In this document: positions 1 to 10,293 of the stretch, one piece after another
Layout: each line of letters begins with the position of its first letter
Numbering within the stretch: the stretch's first letter is position 1
Source of the DNA: an uncultured Clostridia bacterium
Lineage (GTDB): Bacteria; Bacillota; Clostridia; Christensenellales; CAMQZB01
Assembly: GCA_964541255.1 (NCBI GenBank)
Contig: CAZIPL010000002.1
Span: 589 to 64,588, forward strand
Length of the DNA: 64,000 bases
Reading direction: 5' to 3'
Notes under the pieces: model-generated
The model's input: only the letters and a program-made list of their open reading frames with translations
Databases searched by the model: none
Told to the model about the DNA's origin: nothing
Translations under genes and position numbers: made by a program

Positions 1-258
1 GTCGAAGTCATTACGGATAACATCTTGGACGGTAACACCGTCGTTATCGACCACGGGAACGACCTCAAGAGCTATTATAAGTCGCTTGCCGCCGACGTTG
101 CGGTCAAAGAGGGAGACGTCGTAACCAAAGGTCAGGTCATCGGCAAGACCTCTACGAGCGGATATTCCGAGTTCAAGACGGGCGACCACGTTCATTTTGA
201 GATAACCTTGAAAGGGGAATACGTCGATCCCAACGGATATTTCGGAAGCGAAAAGTAA
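1..258 (+). CDS. M23/LytM-family metallopeptidase, C-terminal fragment (5' end outside window)
   Basis: Frame 1 is open from base 1. The translation ...VVIDHGNDLKSYYKSLA...GDHVHFEI...YVDP carries LytM-domain HxxxD and HxH-type motifs. Confidence 0.8.
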   Translation, partial: VEVITDNILDGNTVVIDHGNDLKSYYKSLAADVAVKEGDVVTKGQVIGKTSTSGYSEFKTGDHVHFEITLKGEYVDPNGYFGSEK

Positions 259-347
259 GTCATATATAAATTCATTTCTTCCCCCTTATTAAAAAGCACG
301 CATCGATTTGAAGATTTCGGTGCGTGGCTTTTTTTTGTATTGAAATT

Positions 348-1340
348 CTATTTGGTTTTATACATATCGCGGAACTTTTTCGGGGTCATACCGTGCTTTT
401 CTCTGAAACGCCTATGGAAATAGCTTTTGTTTTCATAACCTATCGCGATAATGATTTCCGAAACGTCCGAGTCCGTCGAAAGGAGCATTTTTTCTGCTTT
501 TTCAAGTCTTCGATTTACGAGAAGCTCTTTGAAAGGCACGCCGAAAAGCTCTTTGACTTTTCTGCTGGTATATTCTTCCGAAAGGTTGAGGCTTTCCGCA
601 AGCTTTTTCAGCGAGCAGTCGTTGTAGTGCGAGGAAATATATTTTTCCGTTTCTGTCTTTATTCTGTTGCTTTTGCTCCGCTTTTCGTCGTGGCTCATAA
701 GGCAATCGGTGTATTTTGAAAGATATGAAAACAGCAATAGCAAGCATTGCGATATAATGCCGTAATCGGGAGCTTCGAAAGCAAGAGAATATATGAGATT
801 GTCGAGAAGATTTCTTATCGGGAATTTATCGGCTATCGAAAAATGCAGATAATCCGGCTCACCGACTTCTTTAGCGTTTTCGGCGAAAAAGTCCGAAAAG
901 AGGGAATTGCCGACTAAATTGCTCCTTAGGTAATTCAAAAAGGCGTCGGACAAAATGAAGTTTATTCCTATGTCCGTTTTTTCGGCTTTTTTGATTGCGT
1001 GGCGCATATGTCTGTTCATTAGGAGAATATCTCCCTCGTGAAGAGTGATTTCTTCTCCGTCGATGACGTGCGTTATTTCCCCGGAATAGACATACATCAT
1101 TTCGGTGTAATCGTGCCCGTGCTCGGGGAAATTCCCGAAACGCGTGTGTGTTCTTATGTATACGGGGTTGTCGCTCATTTTATTGCCGAAAACGACGAAG
1201 TCCCGCCCCGTCGTATAGATGGCTTTATCGACGTTTCCGCCCGAAAGAAGTGCCCGTTCTTCTTTCGTTATTTGCGACAGTTTTTCAAGTATTTCTTCTC
1301 TCATATCGGAAATTATATCGCAATTATCGAAAAATGTCAA
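348..1340 (-). CDS. AraC-family transcriptional regulator (cupin sensor + C-terminal HTH)
   Basis: The 330-aa ORF has an N-terminal cupin-like region (HTRFGNFPEHGHDYTEMMYVYSGE) and a C-terminal AraC HTH (IAIGYENKSYFHRRFREKHGMTPKKFR). The start is uncertain: TTG at 1340 or ATG at 1304. Confidence 0.85.
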   Translation of the reverse strand: MTFFDNCDIISDMREEILEKLSQITKEERALLSGGNVDKAIYTTGRDFVVFGNKMSDNPVYIRTHTRFGNFPEHGHDYTEMMYVYSGEITHVIDGEEITLHEGDILLMNRHMRHAIKKAEKTDIGINFILSDAFLNYLRSNLVGNSLFSDFFAENAKEVGEPDYLHFSIADKFPIRNLLDNLIYSLAFEAPDYGIISQCLLLLFSYLSKYTDCLMSHDEKRSKSNRIKTETEKYISSHYNDCSLKKLAESLNLSEEYTSRKVKELFGVPFKELLVNRRLEKAEKMLLSTDSDVSEIIIAIGYENKSYFHRRFREKHGMTPKKFRDMYKTK

Positions 1341-1429
1341 TATCAGATACTAATTATGTCAAATTGCAACCTTGTTTAACGTCAATTTTGTGGTAAAATG
1401 ATATTAAGAACAATGAATGAGGTTTAATT

Positions 1430-4039
1430 ATGAAAATTTGTAACTTAAGAGTAAACGGCAAACGCGGTAACCTTTATGTTGATGAAAACCCTACCGTTTC
1501 GTTTTATATCGAAAGCGATAATCTCGGCGCGATGTTAAAGTCCTATTTCGTCACTCTTTTTGACGAAAGCGGAAAAACGCTTTGGGAAAGCGGCACGATA
1601 GAAAGTGCGGAAAGCTTCGGAATAAAGCTTCAAGGAACGCTTGAAAATTATTCGAAATACAGCGTCAAAGTCGAAGCGGAAGACAGTTTCGAAGAAAAGG
1701 ACGAAGCTTCGATCGAATTTTCTACCGCAAAGGTAAACTGCGGCTTTTCGGGGAAGTGGATAACCGACGGCGAATATACTTTTGAAAGCGGTTCGCCCGT
1801 TCCTTTTGTTTTCAAAAAGGAATTTTTGGCAGAAAAGAAGCTCAAAAAAGCGGAGATTTATGCTACGGCATACGGAATTTATACTCTCGTTCTTAACGAC
1901 GAAAGAGTTGGAAACGAATACTTGACTCCGTATTTTACTTCGATGAACAAGGTTTTGCAATATCAGGTGTATGACGTTACGGAATCTTTGAAAGAGAACA
2001 ACGTGCTTTTTGCCGAGGTTTCGGGCGGCTGGGCTTGCGGAAGATACGGTCTTTCGAATTCCAATAAAAACTTCACCGACAAGCAATATTTCCTTGCCGA
2101 CATCGTTCTTACTTACGAAGACGGTGAAAGAGAGGTTGTCGGCACGGACTCGAGCTGGGGAATTGCAAGAGGCGGAAGATATTCTTTTGCCGATATTTAC
2201 GACGGCGTTGTTTTCGACGCGAACGTTGACCTTAATACGCTTTCCTATAAAAACGCAGATGAGGTCCCGTCGCCTAAAAACGCGGAACTTAAAGCTACGT
2301 TCGGCGAAAAGGTTTTGCTTCACGAGGTTTTTAAGCCTATTTCCATTAAAAAATCCGAGAAAGGATATATATACGACTTCGGTCAGAATTTGGCGGGACT
2401 TGTCAGATTCACGGTCAATGCGAAAAACGGACAGAAGATTACCGTTCGTCACGGCGAGATTTTGTCAAATAAAGGTGAGATATGCTACGGACCTCTCCGC
2501 ACGGCAAAAGCTACGGTAGAATATACCGCAAAAGACGGTAAGCAGACATTTATTGCAGATCATACCTATATGGGTTATCGCTACGTCGAAGTTATGGGCT
2601 GCGATAAAGACGATATCGAGGTCGAAAGTGTTGCGCTTTATTCCGATTTCGACGTCATCGGAGGCTTCGAATGCTCCGATCCGACGCTCACAAGACTTCA
2701 GAAAAACATCGAGTGGGGCGGCAAATCGAACTTTGTCGACATTCCTACCGACTGCCCGCAAAGAGACGAAAGACTCGGCTGGACCGGTGATATCGCGGTG
2801 TTCTCGAGAACGGCTGCGTTCAACTTCGATATGACGCGTTTTTTCGATAAGTGGCTCAACGACGTCAGACTCGATCAAACGGAAAACGGCGGACTTGCCG
2901 CTGTTATTCCGAAGGTTTCTTTGGGCGGACAGGGACAAAGAAAAGACGGCAACGATAACGCAAGCTGCGGTTGGGGCGAGTGTTGCATAATGGTTCCTTA
3001 TGCGGAATTTATGGCTCGCGGCGACAAGGCGTTACTTTCCCGTCAATACGATTCGATGAAGAAGTTTATTGAGTGCGTACTTAACGAAGGTATTCTTTCG
3101 AAACACGGGTATAAAAAATATATTTGGGTAAAGCCCATGCTGTACGGCGATTGGTGCGCTCCCGAAGAAGCGATGTTGCAGTGGTTCGGCAAACGCAAAT
3201 GGCTGTATACGATATATCTTTTCAATTCGTTGAAGATGCTCGAATACTTTGCTAAAAACTTGGGGAAAACCGACGACGAAAAATATTACGGCGACTTGGC
3301 TGAAAAGGTCAGAGAAGCGTTTATCAAAAAACTTACCGACGGCAAGGGCAAGATGACAAAGGAATTCCAGTCGGGCTATACTTGCGCGTTGACGTTCGGA
3401 ATTTATCCCGATGAGGAAACGAGAAAGGCATTTGCCGAAAACTTGGCAAGACTTGTCAAAGAAAAGAACTATCATTTGGCAACGGGATTCTTGGGAACGC
3501 CGTATCTACTCTTCGCACTTTGCGATAACGGATATAAAGACGTTGCTTACAAGGTTCTTATGCAAGATACTTTCCCGAGCTGGCTTTATGAGATAAAGCA
3601 AGGCGGTACTACCGTTTGGGAGCGTTGGGACGGAATTTTGGAAGACGGCGCTATCAACGACGCACCGTTGCAGCCGTTCAAGTATAAAAAGCCTACTAAT
3701 ACGGGCGGCGATGGAACAAAGGGTATGCTTTCATTCAACCATTACGCATACGGCGCGGTCGGCGACTTCTTGTATAGAAGAGTTGCGGGTATCGAGGCAA
3801 ATGCGCCTATGTATAAAAAGTTCACGGTAAAACCCGAAATCGGCGGCGGACTTACATACGCAAACGCACATACCGAATGCCCTTACGGAAAGATTTCTTC
3901 CGGTTGGAAAATTGAAAACGGCAATGTCGTCATTAACGTCGAAGTTCCTTGCGGAACGAGCGCTGACGTAGTTATGCCGTCGGGTAAGATTAACACCGTA
4001 TCAAGCGGTAAATATACCTTCAGCGAGGAATTGAGATGA
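1430..4039 (+). CDS. alpha-L-rhamnosidase (glycoside hydrolase family 78)
   Basis: The 869-aa ORF contains the GH78 hallmark DIPTDCPQRDERLGWTGD and a six-hairpin catalytic region. It is translationally coupled to rhaB. Confidence 0.9.
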   Translation: MKICNLRVNGKRGNLYVDENPTVSFYIESDNLGAMLKSYFVTLFDESGKTLWESGTIESAESFGIKLQGTLENYSKYSVKVEAEDSFEEKDEASIEFSTAKVNCGFSGKWITDGEYTFESGSPVPFVFKKEFLAEKKLKKAEIYATAYGIYTLVLNDERVGNEYLTPYFTSMNKVLQYQVYDVTESLKENNVLFAEVSGGWACGRYGLSNSNKNFTDKQYFLADIVLTYEDGEREVVGTDSSWGIARGGRYSFADIYDGVVFDANVDLNTLSYKNADEVPSPKNAELKATFGEKVLLHEVFKPISIKKSEKGYIYDFGQNLAGLVRFTVNAKNGQKITVRHGEILSNKGEICYGPLRTAKATVEYTAKDGKQTFIADHTYMGYRYVEVMGCDKDDIEVESVALYSDFDVIGGFECSDPTLTRLQKNIEWGGKSNFVDIPTDCPQRDERLGWTGDIAVFSRTAAFNFDMTRFFDKWLNDVRLDQTENGGLAAVIPKVSLGGQGQRKDGNDNASCGWGECCIMVPYAEFMARGDKALLSRQYDSMKKFIECVLNEGILSKHGYKKYIWVKPMLYGDWCAPEEAMLQWFGKRKWLYTIYLFNSLKMLEYFAKNLGKTDDEKYYGDLAEKVREAFIKKLTDGKGKMTKEFQSGYTCALTFGIYPDEETRKAFAENLARLVKEKNYHLATGFLGTPYLLFALCDNGYKDVAYKVLMQDTFPSWLYEIKQGGTTVWERWDGILEDGAINDAPLQPFKYKKPTNTGGDGTKGMLSFNHYAYGAVGDFLYRRVAGIEANAPMYKKFTVKPEIGGGLTYANAHTECPYGKISSGWKIENGNVVINVEVPCGTSADVVMPSGKINTVSSGKYTFSEELR

Positions 4040-5331
4040 CAAGATATCATTTGGCAATCGACATCGGCGCTTCAAGCGGACGTCATATCGTCGGCTGGCG
4101 CGAAAACGGCGAGCTTAAAACGCAAGAGGTTTATCGTTTTTCAAACAATGTCACGGAAGAAAACGGACATCTTGTTTGGGACATCGAGCACCTTTTCGAC
4201 GAAGTCGTAAACGGCATAGGAGTTGCTTTGAAAAGCTATTCGATAGCAACTGCTGCAATCGATACTTGGGGCGTTGATTATATGCTCTTAGACGAGAACG
4301 ACAAAGAGATTATGCCTATGTACGCATACCGCGACGGCAGAACGGAAGAGGCGGCGAAAGAAGTTCATTCGATAATCCCCTTCGAAAAGCTCTACGAAAA
4401 AACCGGTACTCAATATCAGGCGTTCAATACGATCTATCAGCTTTATGCGGATAAGCTCGCGGGAAGACTTGAAAAGGCGGCGGACTTTTTGCTAACTCCC
4501 GAATATTTGAGCTTTAAGCTTACTGGAATCAAAAAGCGCGAATATACCATTGCTTCGACGACCGGACTTATCAATGCGAAAACGGGGCAATACGACCTTG
4601 AAATCGCAAAAACGTTGGGACTAAGCGAAAGCCTTTTCAAGGAAGTATCGCAGCCTGCTACAATAGTCGGCAAGCTTTCTCCCGAAATCGAAAGAAGAGT
4701 CGGAGGAAATCTCACCGTTGTTTTGGCGCCCTCTCACGACACTGCGAGTGCGGTTGAGGCTATCGACGGCGACGTTGCGTATATTTCGAGCGGCACGTGG
4801 AGCCTTATCGGGGTCAAAGCGGAAAAAGCCGTAACTACGGAAACGGCGTATAAATACAACTTCGCAAACGAAGGCGGAGTGGGGTATATAAGACTTCTCA
4901 AAAACGTAACGGGGCTTTGGCTTATACAGAATGTTTATAGAGAGCATAATCAAAAATATTCCTACGCCGAGCTTGCGGATATGGCAAGAACGTCTCTATC
5001 AGAGGACGTAATCGATGTTAACGACGATCGTTTCACGGCTCCCGAAAATATGACTAGGGAGATCGAAAAGGCGGTCGGAAGAGAGCTTGAAATCAAGGAT
5101 GTAGCGAAGATTATTTTCAAGTCTCTCGCAATCAAGTATGACAGCGTTATCAAGGAGCTCGAAGAGCTTACCGAAAAGCGCGTAGAAAGTATAACGATAG
5201 TCGGCGGCGGAGCTAAGAATAAATATCTTAACGAGCTGACGGAAAAATATACGGGCAAAAAAGTTGTCGCTCTTCCTATCGAAGCGACGGCTATCGGAAA
5301 TCTAAAGAATCAGGAGAAAGTTGAGTTATGA
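4036..5331 (+). CDS. rhaB: rhamnulokinase (FGGY kinase family)
   Basis: N-terminal motif LAIDIGASSGRHIVGW, followed by DTWGVDY and HDTASAV. ATGA overlaps occur at both ends, with GH78 upstream and rhaA downstream. Confidence 0.85.
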   Translation: MTRYHLAIDIGASSGRHIVGWRENGELKTQEVYRFSNNVTEENGHLVWDIEHLFDEVVNGIGVALKSYSIATAAIDTWGVDYMLLDENDKEIMPMYAYRDGRTEEAAKEVHSIIPFEKLYEKTGTQYQAFNTIYQLYADKLAGRLEKAADFLLTPEYLSFKLTGIKKREYTIASTTGLINAKTGQYDLEIAKTLGLSESLFKEVSQPATIVGKLSPEIERRVGGNLTVVLAPSHDTASAVEAIDGDVAYISSGTWSLIGVKAEKAVTTETAYKYNFANEGGVGYIRLLKNVTGLWLIQNVYREHNQKYSYAELADMARTSLSEDVIDVNDDRFTAPENMTREIEKAVGRELEIKDVAKIIFKSLAIKYDSVIKELEELTEKRVESITIVGGGAKNKYLNELTEKYTGKKVVALPIEATAIGNLKNQEKVEL

Positions 5332-6566
5332 CAAGATTTGAGAATGCAAAAAAATATTACGAGAATTTGGGCGTAGACGTAGAAAACGCTATTGAAAAAG
5401 TATTGACAACCCCCGTTGCGGTTCATTGCTGGCAGGGAGACGACGTTGTCGGCTTCGATTCGAGATCCGCTCTTTCCGGCGGTATCCAGACTACGGGCAA
5501 TTATCCCGGTAAAGCAACGACCCCCGAAGAACTTATGGCGGATATCGACAAGGCGTTGTCTTTGATCCCCGGCAAAAAGAAACTTAATCTTCACGCAAGC
5601 TATGCTATTTTTGAGGACGGCGAAGAGATTGGAAGAGACAAGATTGCTCCCAAGCATTTCGAAAAATGGGTTAAGTTCGCAAAAGAGCGTGATATGGGAA
5701 TAGACTTCAACCCCACGTTCTTCTCTCATCCTATGGTTAAGGACAATTTGACACTTTCTTCTCCCGACGAAGAGGTAAGAAACTATTGGATCGAGCACGG
5801 CAAACGTTGCGTTGAGATTTCGGAGTATTTTGCAAACGAGACGGGCGTTCCTTGCGTTATGAATATTTGGATCCCCGACGGATATAAAGACGTTCCCGCA
5901 GACAGACTTTCGCCGAGAGCGCGCTTCAAAGACTCTCTCGACAAGATTCTTTCCGTTCCTTACGATAAGAGCAAGGTTTTCGTAACGCTCGAATCCAAGG
6001 TTTTCGGCATAGGACTCGAAAGCTACACCGTAGGATCCGCGGAGTTCTGCCTTTCTTATTCCGATTATAAGGGAATCACTCCTCTTATGGATAACGGACA
6101 CTATCACCCCACAGAGGTCGTATCGGATAAGATTTCGTCCCTTCTTCTTTTCAACGACTATATCGCTCTTCACGTAACGCGCGGCGTTCGTTGGGACTCC
6201 GACCACGTTGTTTTGTTTGACGACGAGACGAAAGAGATCGCAAAAGAGATCGTAAGAAACGACGCACTCGACAGAGTATTTATCGCGACGGACTATTTCG
6301 ACGCTTCGATAAACAGAATTTCCGCGTGGGTAACGGGTGTCAGAAACGTCAAAAAAGCATTGCTCTTCGCACTTTTGCAGCCGAGCGATTATATGAAAAA
6401 GCTTCAGGACGAAAACAGACTCACCGAACTTATGGTTCTTTCCGAGGAGCTCAAAACGGCAGATATGGGAGCTGTTTGGCAGGAGCTTTTAAGACGTGAA
6501 AACGTCGTTGAAAACTACTTCCCCGAAGTAGAAAACTACGAAAAAGAAGTTCTTTTGAAAAGATAG
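5328..6566 (+). CDS. rhaA: L-rhamnose isomerase
   Basis: The 412-aa ORF contains HCWQGDDVVGFD, NLHASYA and HVTRGVRWDSDHVV, motifs typical of RhaA. Confidence 0.9.
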   Translation: MTRFENAKKYYENLGVDVENAIEKVLTTPVAVHCWQGDDVVGFDSRSALSGGIQTTGNYPGKATTPEELMADIDKALSLIPGKKKLNLHASYAIFEDGEEIGRDKIAPKHFEKWVKFAKERDMGIDFNPTFFSHPMVKDNLTLSSPDEEVRNYWIEHGKRCVEISEYFANETGVPCVMNIWIPDGYKDVPADRLSPRARFKDSLDKILSVPYDKSKVFVTLESKVFGIGLESYTVGSAEFCLSYSDYKGITPLMDNGHYHPTEVVSDKISSLLLFNDYIALHVTRGVRWDSDHVVLFDDETKEIAKEIVRNDALDRVFIATDYFDASINRISAWVTGVRNVKKALLFALLQPSDYMKKLQDENRLTELMVLSEELKTADMGAVWQELLRRENVVENYFPEVENYEKEVLLKR

Positions 6567-6589
6567 TTATTGGCAATAGATATAAAAAA

Positions 6590-6625
6590 AGAGAGTAAAC
6601 CTTTAACGGTTTGCTCTTTTTCTTG
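6590..6625 (+). terminator. Rho-independent terminator after rhaA
   Basis: Imperfect hairpin agagagtaaacc/ggtttgctct followed by a TTTTCTT tract. Confidence 0.6.
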
Positions 6626-6793
6626 TCTTTAATGTTAAGATGTTGATTTTCCTATGTATTTGCGTTAACGCCTGTTTTGAAAAGCGTAAGTAACACGCCG
6701 ATAATCCGAGAATATGCAAGAAAAAATTATCGATTGTTTTTCTCTTTATGAATGGAATAATCGATTGCTTTGATAAAAGGTAAATGCTTTTTA

Positions 6794-7525
6794 TCAATTT
6801 TTCGAAACGAATTGCTTCGGAGTTTCTCCGTATGTCTTTTTGAAAAGTGCTATGAACGCGCTTTGCGAGCAAAAGGACAGGGTATAAACGATTTTCGAAA
6901 CGCTATATCCCGCGGTAAGAAGAATTTTGCTCTCCTCGAGCTTTCTTCCGAGTATATATTGCTTCGGGGTTTTGCCGAGATACTTCGAAAACAGCCTCGT
7001 GAAGTGGTTTTCGGAATAACCCGAAAGCTTGGCAAGGTCTTTTACGGGGATGTTTTCGTGCAAATGCTTTTCGATATGATCGAGGGCTATTCTTATGCTT
7101 TTCGGGCAGTTTTTGCCACGCGATTCCCCTACGGCTTTTGTAAGCGAAACGACCTTTTCGCTTATGAACGTAATAATTTCTTCCGTCGAATTCATTTCGT
7201 CTATCGCTCGAATATATTCGTCGGAGAGGTTAAACGCTTCCATTTCGTCCAATCCACCCGAAATTGCCGCTCTTGTGGCGAGCGTTATCGACGCGACCGC
7301 AAAATATTTAGACTGTCTCAACGGGTCTTTCGAAAGCTTTCCCGCGACAACTCCTTTTTCGAGCATAGAATCCCGAGCGGCTTCGATATGGTCGATGTTG
7401 CCGTCTGCGATGAAAGAATAGAACGCGTTTTCCTCCGCAACGGTGGTGTGCGATATGGGACTTTCCCTCTGGTCGAATTTGTTTGTTTCGGGCGCTATGA
7501 TAAGCCCCTTTTGATGTTTCTTCAT
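6794..7525 (-). CDS. AraC-family transcriptional regulator
   Basis: The 243-aa ORF has a C-terminal AraC HTH (VKDLAKLSGYSENHFTRLFSKYLGKTPKQY...SFCSQSAFIALFKKTYGETPKQF). A GAGGGG RBS lies upstream of the ATG. Confidence 0.85.
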   Translation of the reverse strand: MKKHQKGLIIAPETNKFDQRESPISHTTVAEENAFYSFIADGNIDHIEAARDSMLEKGVVAGKLSKDPLRQSKYFAVASITLATRAAISGGLDEMEAFNLSDEYIRAIDEMNSTEEIITFISEKVVSLTKAVGESRGKNCPKSIRIALDHIEKHLHENIPVKDLAKLSGYSENHFTRLFSKYLGKTPKQYILGRKLEESKILLTAGYSVSKIVYTLSFCSQSAFIALFKKTYGETPKQFVSKN

Positions 7526-7898
7526 TTTCCCCTCTAATAAGTTTTTTCTTGATTTCGTATTTTGATGTTCGCATTAAAAGCGATATGATTATTTTCAAAG
7601 ATATCCGTTGAATGTTCCTAAATGAGGCTGCAAGACATCTTTTTTGTATGTTCTTAAAATCTTTAATTGTCTATTCGTCGAAATCTATACCGATTAAGTT
7701 TGAAAAACTTTTTAGTTCGTCTCGCAAACGGATAGCTGATAAAGACTAATGCTTCTTCATTCATTATATATATAAAACGATAGCATATTTTCTTTAAATT
7801 TGCAATGATTTTTTGATATTTGTTTGGATTTTGTGATATAAAATTTGGTGTGTATGGTATAAAATGATTATAATGATAATTATAGGGAGAAACGAAAA

Positions 7899-8912
7899 AT
7901 GGAAAGTAAAAGCAAGTATCAGGCTACAAGCGAAGAAATCAACAACGCTTTTTTGGCTGCAAACTTAGGAACCGTAAAAAAATATGAACCTTTGGGCGAG
8001 GGAATGTTCAACGCCGCATACAAGGTCGAAACGGAAAAGGGCGTTTATGCAATCAAGATTGCGCCCGAGAACCAAGATACCGTTATGACGTATGAGCAGA
8101 ATATGCTCGAGATGGAGGTTTTCTGGTATAGAGAGATGGCGGCAAAATGCACGCTTGTTCCCGTGCCGGAGATTTTCTTCGAGGATCATACGAAAAAGAT
8201 TATGCGTGCGCCTTACTTCATTATGGAGTTTGTTGACGGGACGCAGCTTGACAAACTCAAAAGAAGCGACGATGAAAAAGCACTATGTGCGAAAAAGCTT
8301 TGCGCGCAAGTTGCCGATTTACATAACATCAAGGGAAACGGCTACGGCTACGTTCAGAACGGACTTCACGAAAAATGGAGCGACGCCGTTCGCGCGATGT
8401 ATGAAAACTGCGTGAAAGACCTTGCTAAATATAACAAAAAATCCACAAAAATCCCCGAACTTATAAGATATTGCGATTTGTTTAAGGACGTTCTCGATAA
8501 AGCTCCTTGCACGCTTACCAACTACGATTTTTGGGATTCCAATATTATGGGCAAAAAGCTCGATAACGGTGACATCAAGATGACGTGGATCGATCCCGAA
8601 AGAGGCTTCTACGGTGACTTTTTGTGGGATTTCATCTGCATCGATTTGATGAAGATGACTCTCGAGGGCAAGAAAGAATCTATCGACGAGTATAACAAGA
8701 CCGCGACCGTCAAAGCAGAAATCAACGACGAGGCGGAAATCCGTTATGCGTTCGCTCTCGGATATATGGGCGCTATTCAGGAAACGGAAAAATACTTCCG
8801 ATTCAAACCTTTGTCGGAGGGGTGGATGTTCGATATAACAAGCTCGGCTATTTATTATAAAGCCGCGTTGAAGACGCTTAAGAAATATGAAAAACAATAC
8901 TTCGGTAAGTAA
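7899..8912 (+). CDS. phosphotransferase (APH / choline-kinase-like) family protein
   Basis: The 337-aa ORF has a kinase-like N-lobe Lys (YAIKIAP), a catalytic-loop-like NYDFWDSNIMG and a WIDPERGFYGD motif. Confidence 0.7.
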   Translation: MESKSKYQATSEEINNAFLAANLGTVKKYEPLGEGMFNAAYKVETEKGVYAIKIAPENQDTVMTYEQNMLEMEVFWYREMAAKCTLVPVPEIFFEDHTKKIMRAPYFIMEFVDGTQLDKLKRSDDEKALCAKKLCAQVADLHNIKGNGYGYVQNGLHEKWSDAVRAMYENCVKDLAKYNKKSTKIPELIRYCDLFKDVLDKAPCTLTNYDFWDSNIMGKKLDNGDIKMTWIDPERGFYGDFLWDFICIDLMKMTLEGKKESIDEYNKTATVKAEINDEAEIRYAFALGYMGAIQETEKYFRFKPLSEGWMFDITSSAIYYKAALKTLKKYEKQYFGK

Positions 8913-10215
8913 GCAAGATAGGTTGGAAAACGAGAATATCTTCAAGCTTTTGCTTAGTTTCTCGTTGACAACTTTAGCATCGCTTGTTTTTAACACGCTA
9001 TATAGTCTCACCGACGCGCTTTTCGTTTCGCACGCGGTCGGCGATAACGCATTCGGAGGAGTTTCGATTATTTTTCCGTTCACAATCTTCCAAAGTGCGG
9101 TTGCAACCGCGGTAGGAGGAGGCGCGGGCTCTATAGTTTCGAGGAAGCTCGGCGAAAAAGACCCGAAAGGAGCCGGCGAAGCAACGCTCAATGCGATGTT
9201 TACGTTCTACGTAACGGCAATTCTGACGACGATTCTCGGCTTTGTTTTTATGGACGAGATGTTGCAGCTTTTCGGCGTGACGGAAGAATTGCTTCCCTTT
9301 GCCAAAACGTACTTTTCCGTAATTTTGGCGGGCAATATATTTTCAACGGGTTTTTCGTCGATAATAAGGGCCGAAGGTAAGATGAAATACTCGCTCCTTA
9401 TTTGGGTTATTCCGATTGCGGTCAATATAATCTTAGACGCGCTTTTCATTCTTGTTTTCGACTGGGGTGTTTTGGGTTCTGCCGCGGCGACGGTCGCTTG
9501 CCAATTCGTATCGTTTTCGATGTCGATGCTGTTCTTTTCGAAGTTTACGACGCAAGAAATCAAGGGTGCGAAGATATCGTTGAAGAAAATCGGTGAGGTA
9601 ATCGTCATAGGACTTCCCGCGCTTATTCAAACGATGTCGTTGTCCGTTATGGCGATTATAATAAACCGTGTGATAAAGTCCGTTTCGGGAACGCCGGGAA
9701 TAAACGCTTATTCTTATGCAAATAAAGTTATAACGTATATAGTCATGCCTATAACGGCATTCTCGCAAGCGCTTTCGCCTATTGCGGGATATAACTACGG
9801 TGCGAAAAACTACGGAAGAGTCAAAGAATCGGTTCGCTCGGCAATTGTGTTGTCCCTTGCTTATGCGGCAATAGCATTTGCTTTGGTTGAAATATTCCCC
9901 GAAGCGCTTTTGAAGATCTTTACCACAAGCGAAGATACGGTTGCGTTGGCTTCGAGCTGCTTGACCGTTCTTGCGATTGGTGTTTTCGTTCAGCCCGTTT
10001 CAAACGTTTTGGGCGTTACGCTGCAAACGCTGGGGAAGAAATATTCCGCTACGATAGTCTTTGTCGCAACGATTGCGTTTGTCATTCCGCTTTCGCTTAT
10101 TTTGTCGAACTTCTTCGGACTTTCGGGAGTTTGGTATTCGACCGTTATCGCAAATCTCCTTTCCGCGATTTTGGCAGTCTTCGTCTGGCTTTATGTCAGA
10201 AGAAAACTGGTATAA
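8887..10215 (+). CDS. MATE-family efflux transporter
   Basis: The 442-aa polytopic membrane protein has a MATE-like duplicated six-TM architecture. Its start overlaps the kinase gene by 26 nt, and the start is not supported by an RBS. Confidence 0.8.
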   Translation: MKNNTSVSKQDRLENENIFKLLLSFSLTTLASLVFNTLYSLTDALFVSHAVGDNAFGGVSIIFPFTIFQSAVATAVGGGAGSIVSRKLGEKDPKGAGEATLNAMFTFYVTAILTTILGFVFMDEMLQLFGVTEELLPFAKTYFSVILAGNIFSTGFSSIIRAEGKMKYSLLIWVIPIAVNIILDALFILVFDWGVLGSAAATVACQFVSFSMSMLFFSKFTTQEIKGAKISLKKIGEVIVIGLPALIQTMSLSVMAIIINRVIKSVSGTPGINAYSYANKVITYIVMPITAFSQALSPIAGYNYGAKNYGRVKESVRSAIVLSLAYAAIAFALVEIFPEALLKIFTTSEDTVALASSCLTVLAIGVFVQPVSNVLGVTLQTLGKKYSATIVFVATIAFVIPLSLILSNFFGLSGVWYSTVIANLLSAILAVFVWLYVRRKLV

Positions 10216-10258
10216 ATTTTTGTATAATTTGATGCCAAACTAATTGTTCATCTTTTTT

Positions 10259-10293
10259 GGCGCTAAAGCGATGCTTTAGCGCCTTCCCTTTTT
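10259..10293 (+). terminator. Rho-independent terminator after MATE gene
   Basis: Perfect 11-bp stem ggcgctaaagc/gctttagcgcc with a 3-nt loop, followed by ttcccttttt. Confidence 0.75.

Noticed and set aside
324-719. 131-aa plus-strand ORF
   Set aside because: It is antisense to the AraC regulator at 348..1340.
5310-6206. 298-aa minus-strand ORF
   Set aside because: It is antisense to rhaA.
6603-7537. ORFs 6603..6872 (-) and 6770..7537 (+)
   Set aside because: The first lies in the convergent spacer and overlaps the 3' end of the AraC gene. The second is antisense to the AraC regulator, which carries the canonical HTH.
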